This document shows positions 45,680 through 54,841 of a stretch of 64,000 nt of DNA, one piece after another (the first letter of the stretch is position 1; the number at the start of each line of letters is the position of its first letter). The stretch is from the NCBI GenBank assembly GCA_965368975.1, contig CBDUPA010000001.1, positions 448,001 to 512,000 on the forward strand. The letters run 5' to 3'. The notes beneath the pieces were generated by a model. The model saw only the letters and a program-made list of their open reading frames with translations. It searched no databases and had not been told where the DNA came from. The stretch comes from an uncultured bacterium. GTDB taxonomy: Bacteria > Acidobacteriota > Thermoanaerobaculia > Multivoradales > JAHZIX01. The position numbers were made by a program, and so were the translations under genes.

Positions 45680-46129
45680 ATGCACGAACTGAGCTTTCCT
45701 CTGATTTTCCGACGGCCGGCGGGTAGCGGCAAGGACGCGCCAGCGGTTGCTGAGAGTGTCCGCTTCACCACCAAGATCAGTGCCCGGCAGGTCAAGAGCA
45801 CGGTGCGGCCGCTGCAGGGTGCCAAGGCGGTGTTGCAGAACCGTTTCCGTTTCCTCGACTCGGCCAACATCCGCTTCCAGGAATGGGGCGAGGTCGCCTT
45901 CGGCTCCGGCGAGAGCAAGCTTTTCTTCAGTGGTGAAGGCATCGTTCTCGGCAAGCCGGATCCCGACGGTCGTTTTACCCAGGGCACGGCCCACTGGCGA
46001 GTGGTCGGCGGCACCGGATTTTTCCACGGTGCCGTTGGAGCCATCTCGAGCAACTTCCTGGTCGACCTCGATCCGAAGAACAACGAGCTGATCGACCGGC
46101 ACGTCTACGTTCTGTATCTACCGGGCTAG
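45680..46129 (+). CDS. Hypothetical beta-rich protein with a dirigent/AOC-like GGTGxFxGAxG motif
   Basis: WRVVGGTGFFHGAVG; starts 6 bp after the ferredoxin gene. Confidence 0.55.
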   Translation: MHELSFPLIFRRPAGSGKDAPAVAESVRFTTKISARQVKSTVRPLQGAKAVLQNRFRFLDSANIRFQEWGEVAFGSGESKLFFSGEGIVLGKPDPDGRFTQGTAHWRVVGGTGFFHGAVGAISSNFLVDLDPKNNELIDRHVYVLYLPG

Positions 46130-46161
46130 CGGCAGATCGAGCGCTAGCGGTAGCTTGCGGT

Positions 46162-47157
46162 TTAGCGGCAACTCGGTAGCAGTACGAATGGCGGTCCCGC
46201 GGTACGTCCTTCAGGGTCGTTCGGGATCGCCGTTCGCATCAGCTCCTTGGCCTGCACCTCGACGGCGTACATCGAGCCGATGGCGTTGCGCAGGAAGGTG
46301 GGCTCGCCGTTGAAGGTTCGGTGCAGGCCCTTGAGCAGCTTGCTGTAGCTACCAGCGAACAACTCGGCGTTGCTCGCTAGCTGGCTGCCCGGCGGATACG
46401 ACTTCAAGGTTGGATTGGCTAGCATGGGCCAGACGCCGTCCGGATCGAAGGGGATGGGCTCGCCGGAGAAGGTCCACTTACCACCCTCGTTGACCAGGCG
46501 GTGGCCATAGTAGATCTCGGCGAACTTGTAGTAGTGGGCGAGTTCGTCGTATCCGTCCTCGGGATCGATCGGTGATGCGCCCTCTCCTTCTTCGACGATT
46601 TCGTGGATCGCGCGGTGGGCGCTGGCCGGGTCGGTGACCTCGAACAACTCGCCAGGGCCGTGCCATTGCGTCACCTGGCGCGATGGATCGCCGGTGAAGG
46701 CATCGTGGCCGAGAGTCTCGATCAGGTCGGTAATGCGCTGGTAGAAGTCGGCGATGGTGTGGCCGTCGGTTTGCGGTGGCTGGTTGCCCGGGATCTTGGT
46801 CACGTCCGGCTCCTCGATGACCATGAAGACGTTCTTGATCAGGTCCTTGGAGAACGGTTCCAGTGGCACGATCAGGTGGCCGCGGGGTCCCAGGGGTAGT
46901 GGCGCTGGGTAGTTGGGCACGAAGCCCGGTGCGTTGATCACCGGTGCGCCGCCGACCGCGTTGAGGATGTTGCAGGCCAGGGCCATGTGCAGCATCTCTT
47001 CCATCACCACGCTGCGGATCAGCTGGCCGATCTGGTCATTGACGCCGGTCTTGAGCGAGAACCAGGCACACAGGTAGGGTGGGATGGTCGAGTGTTCCAA
47101 CTCGACCGCCTGCTGCAGCAGGGTACGCAGTTCGTGCAGTTCGTCCTGGTAGCTCAT
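46162..47157 (-). CDS. Ferritin-like domain protein (VioB/RebD C-terminal type)
   Basis: LQQAVELEHSTIPPYL, EEMLHM..NILNAVGG, IEEP, IVEEGEG and AHYYKF motifs. Confidence 0.88.
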   Translation of the reverse strand: MSYQDELHELRTLLQQAVELEHSTIPPYLCAWFSLKTGVNDQIGQLIRSVVMEEMLHMALACNILNAVGGAPVINAPGFVPNYPAPLPLGPRGHLIVPLEPFSKDLIKNVFMVIEEPDVTKIPGNQPPQTDGHTIADFYQRITDLIETLGHDAFTGDPSRQVTQWHGPGELFEVTDPASAHRAIHEIVEEGEGASPIDPEDGYDELAHYYKFAEIYYGHRLVNEGGKWTFSGEPIPFDPDGVWPMLANPTLKSYPPGSQLASNAELFAGSYSKLLKGLHRTFNGEPTFLRNAIGSMYAVEVQAKELMRTAIPNDPEGRTAGPPFVLLPSCR

Positions 47158-48929
47158 GGATTCTTTTCCTCACTGCTGGGGAGTTGGCCAGTGACGGATG
47201 GGCTGGGTGGTGGTTCTCCGAGCAAGGGGTGTCCACGCAGAGCCTGCTCGAGCCAGGTCAGGATCATCTCGCGCTTGGTCTTGCTCAGGTCGCGGGTGAC
47301 CGGCATATAGGCGGGATCGTCGACCGGTAGGCTCAGCGCCATGCGCAGGATGGCCGCATGGCGTACCACGGTCTCGTAATCGCCTAAGTCCATGATCTGC
47401 TTCATCACCGGATACAGGCGGCTGTACTGGTAGAGAATCGGCTGCACGTCGCCCCACCAGGTGGGTGGGTCGTTCCAGGTCGTGTGGTCCCAGACCAGGA
47501 CACTCAGGAAGTTGTTGTTGTTGCGGCTGTAGTTGAGCTGCGCCATCTCGGCCAGGTTGAAGCCAACGCCATAGACCTGCCCGTCGATGTAGTGGCGCGG
47601 ATTGTCCGGATCGTGGGCACGCAACTCGAAGCTGACCCATCCATCGGTGCCGGTGGCAGCGGGTGGTGGCAATTCCAGCGCTGCGGTGGGCAGGCCGGTG
47701 GGGAGGGTCGATGGGTTCATGGCGTTCTGCATCATGTTCAGCTGCTCGGTCGCGAACTCGAGACTGACTTCTTGGCCAGCAGCCGGGGCGCCGAAGCGCG
47801 TCACTAGTACGCGAGTCTCGGCTGTTTCGCCCGGATTCAAGCGGAAAATACTGTCTTCCGCGTTGATGTACAGTCCCTGTGGGTTCTCGCGTAGCAACGG
47901 CACCTCGCCATAGCCGGCGGAGTTGGCCACGATACCCACGGGGTTGTCGCGGATCAGTTCCAGATTGATGTCGCTGAGCGGGAACTCGACGATGCCGGCG
48001 GTCTGTGTGTACCAGGCGCTATCGCTGAAGGAGAGGGTGCCGAGGCTGACGAAGGGCCGATCTGGTGGCTGGATCTGGACGTCGAAGTCGCTGTAGCCGG
48101 CTACTGTGGGCTGGCCTTCAGGGTCGGTGGGCAAGGAGTTGCCGACATCGAGCACGAGTGTCTGGCGTGCATCGTCGACCTTGGCATAGCCGAAGTACAG
48201 CGGGTTGGTGATCCAGGCGTATTGGCTCGGGCGTAGGCATCGGCCTTTCAGGAAGCGCCATGGCTCGCCTTCGTACACAGGGCCGATGCTGCCGACGATA
48301 CGGCCGAAGGTGAAATCTGGGCTCGACGAATCGAGGACTGGTAAGTCGAGATTGAACTTGACCGACAACTGGCCCGCGACGGCGCCGTCGGCTTCAGTGG
48401 CTGCCTTCAACTGCTGCAAACACGGGGAAGCACTGACGTCGCCCCATTCGATGTGCTCGAGGATCGAGTGATAGAAGGCACCGGCCGGGGCGTCGCCGCC
48501 CGCACTACCGGTGGCGCGGATCCAGAAATCCTGGAAGGGCGACGCCCGATAATTTCCGACGAATGCGGGCGGATCGCCGGGACTGCCACCGAGACCACAC
48601 AGGCGCATCTGGAAGCCCCAGATTTGAGACGCCATCTGTTGCTCTGGGTCGAGGTCGACCAGCTTCGCCTCGGCGCGGTCGTCGGCACCGGTGATCGCCG
48701 TACCCACTACCGGGTCCACACCACTGCCGGTAGTGGAGAGGCCATGGGCGACGGTCACTCTGGTGACGCTGCAGCCGCGTAGCCGCCAGGCGCCGGAGCC
48801 CATCGGATTCCACAGTGGGTTCAGGTCGGGGTTCTTGTTGTTGTAATTACTCGGGACGTTGTCCACCGTGGGCACGTCCGCCTGGAACTGGCCGGCGAAG
48901 GTCAGTCGGGGCAGGTCGAGGTAGCTCAT
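47154..48929 (-). CDS. VioB N-terminal-like protein
   Basis: MSYLDLPRLTFAGQFQADVPTVDN (compare VioB MSILDFPRIHF), WNPMG, YSRLYPVM and YMPVTRDLS motifs; ATGA-coupled to the ferritin-like gene. Confidence 0.75.
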   Translation of the reverse strand: MSYLDLPRLTFAGQFQADVPTVDNVPSNYNNKNPDLNPLWNPMGSGAWRLRGCSVTRVTVAHGLSTTGSGVDPVVGTAITGADDRAEAKLVDLDPEQQMASQIWGFQMRLCGLGGSPGDPPAFVGNYRASPFQDFWIRATGSAGGDAPAGAFYHSILEHIEWGDVSASPCLQQLKAATEADGAVAGQLSVKFNLDLPVLDSSSPDFTFGRIVGSIGPVYEGEPWRFLKGRCLRPSQYAWITNPLYFGYAKVDDARQTLVLDVGNSLPTDPEGQPTVAGYSDFDVQIQPPDRPFVSLGTLSFSDSAWYTQTAGIVEFPLSDINLELIRDNPVGIVANSAGYGEVPLLRENPQGLYINAEDSIFRLNPGETAETRVLVTRFGAPAAGQEVSLEFATEQLNMMQNAMNPSTLPTGLPTAALELPPPAATGTDGWVSFELRAHDPDNPRHYIDGQVYGVGFNLAEMAQLNYSRNNNNFLSVLVWDHTTWNDPPTWWGDVQPILYQYSRLYPVMKQIMDLGDYETVVRHAAILRMALSLPVDDPAYMPVTRDLSKTKREMILTWLEQALRGHPLLGEPPPSPSVTGQLPSSEEKNP

Positions 48930-49105
48930 CGTTGCTGTCCTCCAAACTAGAAATCGCGCATCCGCCGGCGCTCGAGGGCGCGGGGCAGACGCTGGGCTGC
49001 AGCGTACGCTTCCTGGCAAATGAGACGATGACGAACAAAGATGCCTGAGACACTACGCGCGTCGGGCCGGGAATGCAAGCGGAGGTGGGAGGTAGGAGAG
49101 GCAGC

Positions 49106-49127
49106 AAAAAGCCCCCGACCGCGGGGC
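49106..49127 (-). terminator. Intrinsic terminator after the peptide gene
   Basis: Minus strand reads GCCCC-GCGGTCG-GGGGC-TTTTT. Confidence 0.65.
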
Positions 49128-49165
49128 GGCCGAGGGCTCTTCGACGTACGGGTCGCCAGGTCAGC

Positions 49166-49366
49166 TCAGCGAGCGTCGCAGCAGAGGACCGTGTTCTCGG
49201 TCTCGAGTGCGAAGCCGACCGGCTTGACGTCCTTCTCATCGCAGCAGAGGACCGTGTTCTGGGTCTCCAGCGCGTAGGCACGGCCACCGTGGACGGCCTG
49301 GAGGTTCAAGCACTGCAGGGTTTCACGGTGCAGAGCGAGCTTGGTGCGGTGCGTCTTCTTCTTCAT
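49166..49366 (-). CDS. Putative two-core RiPP precursor, 66 aa
   Basis: AAGGAG RBS; leader MKKKTHRTKLALHRETL...VHGG; cores YALETQNTVLCCD and FALETENTVLCCD with a 63-nt period. Confidence 0.75.
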   Translation of the reverse strand: MKKKTHRTKLALHRETLQCLNLQAVHGGRAYALETQNTVLCCDEKDVKPVGFALETENTVLCCDAR

Positions 49367-49457
49367 CGAATGTACTCCTTGGAAGCAACGAATGTTCGTT
49401 CAGGACCCGAACGCAAGGGAAAGGAGTCGTCAGCATAGGGCAGACGAGGCGTCGAGG

Positions 49458-51002
<1,545 letters not shown>

Positions 51003-51104
51003 GTCGAACTCCTGATGCTGGACGTTCCCGGAAAGCCGAGTCCACGCGCTGGACGCGGGGAGGTGGGGGACGTCAGGTTGACCCTTGGGGTGAACACTCA
51101 GGAA

Positions 51105-51130
51105 TTACTTGCTCAAGCCGCTATCTCCTC
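51105..51130 (-). promoter_or_regulatory. Putative attenuator uORF (TTG-AGC-AAG-TAA) with SD
   Basis: GAGGAG, an 8-nt spacer, then a 3-codon ORF ending 102 nt upstream of the ABC-F start. Confidence 0.5.
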
Positions 51131-51284
51131 TTGGTGGGCCGCCAAGGCTCTACGACCTCGGTGGTGGGTCGATGATGCCCGAGCCGGAGGCTGATTGCAA
51201 CCCGGCTCGGTGCGCCCTGCGGGAGAGGACTTCCGAGGCACGTCTCGTGCAGGTGCTGGCGTTTCGGAGCAGGTGCTGTCGACC

Positions 51285-52112
51285 CTACGGGTCCAACACG
51301 ACGCAGAGCCCGTAGTGATCCGAGGCGTAGACGCCGTTGCTGTTCGGCTTCGTACCGATGCGCTCGATGCTGGTAACTCTTGCTGCAACGTCCGCGCTGG
51401 CCCAGCAGTAGTCGATACGCTTGGTGGCATCGCCAGCTGCGTAGGTGTATCCGTCTTCGTCTGAGTGCAGTTGTACCCAAAGATCAACGAATCCAGCGTC
51501 CCTCAGGGCCTGCAAGGCACTGTTGTCCGGCGTCGCGTTGAAGTCTCCGACCAGCATCTGTGGAGTGCCGAAGCGCTGCATGTAGGCCAGCGTTTCGGAG
51601 ACGTTGTCGGTCAGGCACGCCTGGTCGTAGCTGAAATGGGCGTTGAAGAAATAAAGCACGCTGTCCGAGTCGGGGACGGCGGCGAACTGGGTGCTGCGGC
51701 GATTGTTGTCGCCGCAGGAGTTGTTCTTGCTCAGGAAGAGCGTGCCTGTCTCGACGATGCCGGGACGCGAGAGGATGGTGAGCCCTTCCCAGAAGGCGCC
51801 CGTCTCGACGTCCGGGTAGCGCCAGGGGTTCTGCTGGCCGTTCTGGATCGGGTAGTACATCGCCGGCTGCGTGACGATCGCCGTGCCGGCCCAGTTCTGA
51901 CCCTCCGGGTTGTCGTGAATGGCGGCCAAGACTTCTTCGCCCATGTTCTGGTAGCTGGTCTGGGTCGATTCCTGGGTTGGGTCGAAGCGGACTTCCTGCA
52001 AGCCGACGACATCGGCGTCAAGGTCGATGAGGTCCTGCGCGATCATTTGCACGCGCTGGTCCCAGTCACCGTGGTCGTTGTAGTTGGCGATGTTGAACGT
52101 CACGAGTTTCAT
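51285..52112 (-). CDS. Endonuclease/exonuclease/phosphatase family protein
   Basis: VTFNI, LQEV, NAH, GDFNA, RIDY and SDH motifs. Confidence 0.92.
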   Translation of the reverse strand: MKLVTFNIANYNDHGDWDQRVQMIAQDLIDLDADVVGLQEVRFDPTQESTQTSYQNMGEEVLAAIHDNPEGQNWAGTAIVTQPAMYYPIQNGQQNPWRYPDVETGAFWEGLTILSRPGIVETGTLFLSKNNSCGDNNRRSTQFAAVPDSDSVLYFFNAHFSYDQACLTDNVSETLAYMQRFGTPQMLVGDFNATPDNSALQALRDAGFVDLWVQLHSDEDGYTYAAGDATKRIDYCWASADVAARVTSIERIGTKPNSNGVYASDHYGLCVVLDP

Positions 52113-52173
52113 CAAGGGTCCTCTCGGAAAACGGTGGATGGATCGATGTGCAGTCTTGTAGGAAGCTACCGGC

Positions 52174-52878
52174 TCAGCCGTCCCTCTCCTGCCGGCGCTC
52201 TCGTGCCTTGCTCCCGCCGTTGTCTTCGTCCTCATCCTGTTTCTTCACCGTCGTCTCAGGCTTGAAGACCAGCTTGATGGTATGTACATTCTCCTTGACG
52301 CGTGTACGCCCGAGCGTCAGGTCGACATCGAGGAGCTCGACGGTGACCGAACCTTCGAGGGTGTACTCGAGGGCGAATTCCAACTCGACGGCGATGTCGC
52401 TCGTCGTGTAGGTCTCGCCTTCTGCAGTAGCGTCTAGCGCTTGCAGCCCATCCTGCACGCCCTGCGTGGCCAGGATCGCTGCGTCGAACCCCTTGCGGAG
52501 GTCTGCGACCAGGCTGGGGTGCGGGATGGTGGGCCGGTGAGTTCGGTGGTCTTCGCCTGCGGGCGGCTTGAGATCGACGGTGACGATTTGCGTGTAAGTT
52601 CTTTCTCGCGACCCTTCGAGCGTGACCACCAGAACCGCAACCTCGCCCGAGTCCGTGGTTTCGACGATGGTCTCGAGGGCGACCTCGATGGAGGAGAGTT
52701 CAAGCCCGAGCTGGTGGTACTGCGTGTACGACTGGGCAGCGGCTTCGTCGATGGCCCACAAGAGGTGTTCTACGGCGATGTCGACCGGTTCCGGCTTGAT
52801 CGGCATGGTGGATTTGCAGCCAGCGAGTGCCAGGTACAGCACGCCGCTGGCGATGAGAGCTGCGCGGGAGGTCTGCAT
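52174..52878 (-). CDS. Lipoprotein with two Trypco2-like beta-rich repeats
   Basis: Lipobox LAGC; repeated pattern ELSSIEVALET...VVTLEG...TQIVTVDLKP and DIAVELEFALE...LGRT...VHTIKLVFKP. Confidence 0.5.
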   Translation of the reverse strand: MQTSRAALIASGVLYLALAGCKSTMPIKPEPVDIAVEHLLWAIDEAAAQSYTQYHQLGLELSSIEVALETIVETTDSGEVAVLVVTLEGSRERTYTQIVTVDLKPPAGEDHRTHRPTIPHPSLVADLRKGFDAAILATQGVQDGLQALDATAEGETYTTSDIAVELEFALEYTLEGSVTVELLDVDLTLGRTRVKENVHTIKLVFKPETTVKKQDEDEDNGGSKARERRQERDG

Positions 52879-52914
52879 TGGAAGTCCTTCATGGCCCCGA
52901 ATCGAACGGGACAT

Positions 52915-54498
52915 CTAGTGGTCCTCGTACTTGGACAGATAGCGGAACTCGCCGTCCGCCCCCTTCTCGATCTGGTAGATGTCCCAGACGTCGTTGCCGC
53001 GCTTCTTTTCCAGCTTCTGGGCCATGACGATGCGCTTGCCATCGGTGCGCAGGTTGATCGCACCGTAGACGTCGACACTGCGCGCCAGTTTCTTCCAGTG
53101 CCGCTCCTGCTCGGTCTCCAGCGCCCGGACTTTTTCTTTCAGGTTGTCCTTCTCGGTCGGGGTCAGGTCGGTGGCCTTCAGCCGAGCCTTGAAGGTCGAG
53201 ATCTCGACCGCCAGTGCGTCGAGCTTGCGGCGGATCTGCAAGGGGATCTCGACGCGCTCGCCGCTGGATCTGGCCAGCTCGGTGTTGAACATCAGGGAGC
53301 GTACGCCGCGTGAATACTTACCGACGGTACCGAGAGTGTCGGCGCGCGGGTGGGAGTGGCTTTCTGCATCGCCGCTGGAGATCACAGTGACCAGGGGATA
53401 GGTGGCGGCGAGGTAGGGGCGGTAGAAGTCGGCGCTGCCGTGATGACACGACTTGGCGACGTCGACCTGGAACGTCTTGCGCGCCTCGTCCAGGAACGCA
53501 GTGTACTTTTTCGGCTTGCTCTCGCTGGGGATATCGAGCCCCGTGTGGTGCTGGAGCAGGAGCTGTTCCGAGGGGATGTTGAGGTCACCGCCGAGCAGGA
53601 TCGAAACGTCCCCATAGACCACCTTGAAGACCACCGAGTGGCCATTCTTGGTCTTGCCCTTGTCGCCCAGCCAGCGCAGCCCGGGCAACGCGTGTCCGAT
53701 GTCTTCCGCTACCGGGCCGAGGATTTGCATCGATAGTGTCTCGTCGGCCTCGTAACCGGGCACGAAGCCGCCGTTGGTGGTGACATCGAGCATGTCGAAG
53801 TCGCCGAACGAACCGTTCTGCCGCCCCTTGTCGAGCATCGCCGGGTACATCTTGTCGCGCTTGCGGGTGTTCGGCGGGGCGCGCCAAAGGTCGGAGTTGA
53901 GAAAGGCGTCGAGGTCGGCGCGGTTGCGCACCAGGTCGGTCAGGTAGCTGCGCCGTCCGTGCCGCGCCTTGGTGCCGAGCTGGTTGGACGACGAGCCCTG
54001 CCGCTCCAGGATCCCGTTGTGGTAGAAGCGTTTGAAACGAACCTTGGGATCGTCGAAGAAGGCGTCGAAGCCGCCGTAGTGGTCGGAGTCCGGGTGGGAG
54101 ATGACGCCGGTGAACTCGACCGGATCTTGCTGCTTGCGGAACTTGTAGCGCCAGGCCAGGAAGCGGTACATGTTGTCGCCCAGACCGGCGTCGATCACGA
54201 AGTGCTCATCGTCCGGCGTCACCAGCAAGCAGCCGTCGCCCTGGCCGATGTCGACGAAGACGACCTCCAGAATGCGCTCCTTCTGGAACGTTCCGGGCAC
54301 CATCCAGCCCTGGATCTTTTTACGAATCTGGACCTTCTGGAAGCCGTTCTTCTGACTGCCGGGGCCGTCCAGGACTTTGACGTATTGCCCCCACAGCAGG
54401 TGGGCGAGCACGTCGCCCTTGGGTTTGTCGATCGTGCCCTCCGGCTTGGCGTAAACGTAGGCGGAAGGGTAGGCCGCGAAGTGTTTGCCGGACGCCAT
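52915..54498 (-). CDS. MBL-fold metallohydrolase (ComEC-like) with N-terminal SH3-like domain
   Basis: VDIGQGD, IDAG, SHPDSDHYGG, GGDLN, CHHGS and HSHP motifs. Confidence 0.88.
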   Translation of the reverse strand: MASGKHFAAYPSAYVYAKPEGTIDKPKGDVLAHLLWGQYVKVLDGPGSQKNGFQKVQIRKKIQGWMVPGTFQKERILEVVFVDIGQGDGCLLVTPDDEHFVIDAGLGDNMYRFLAWRYKFRKQQDPVEFTGVISHPDSDHYGGFDAFFDDPKVRFKRFYHNGILERQGSSSNQLGTKARHGRRSYLTDLVRNRADLDAFLNSDLWRAPPNTRKRDKMYPAMLDKGRQNGSFGDFDMLDVTTNGGFVPGYEADETLSMQILGPVAEDIGHALPGLRWLGDKGKTKNGHSVVFKVVYGDVSILLGGDLNIPSEQLLLQHHTGLDIPSESKPKKYTAFLDEARKTFQVDVAKSCHHGSADFYRPYLAATYPLVTVISSGDAESHSHPRADTLGTVGKYSRGVRSLMFNTELARSSGERVEIPLQIRRKLDALAVEISTFKARLKATDLTPTEKDNLKEKVRALETEQERHWKKLARSVDVYGAINLRTDGKRIVMAQKLEKKRGNDVWDIYQIEKGADGEFRYLSKYEDH

Positions 54499-54841
54499 GA
54501 TGGGCTCCTCATTCGAGTGGGTTTGAGGATTTCGTCTTGATTCAAGTCACTGAAGTATAGCAGGTCTCCTGCTGTGCCTCTGGGCAGAGTCACTCCGTGG
54601 CCACGGACATGCCGGTGGACGCGAACGGACGGGCACGGACGTCCGCGGACACAACCAAGGGTCCGTAATCGCTGATTCTTAGGCCTTTGGTCCCGGCATG
54701 TTTCTTGCCCTTGGAGAGGGTGCCCGTGGCTCGATCGAGCTGCCCCTGTCGAGCGGATACATCGACGAAGTACCACCAACCCGGCAAAGGCCGGGGAACG
54801 CACGGCAGGGGAATCCATCACCTTCCATGGAGGACGCCTCG

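Noticed and set aside
46162-48929. Violacein or indolocarbazole biosynthetic cluster
   Set aside because: No VioA/RebO, VioE, VioC/D or StaP homolog in the window.
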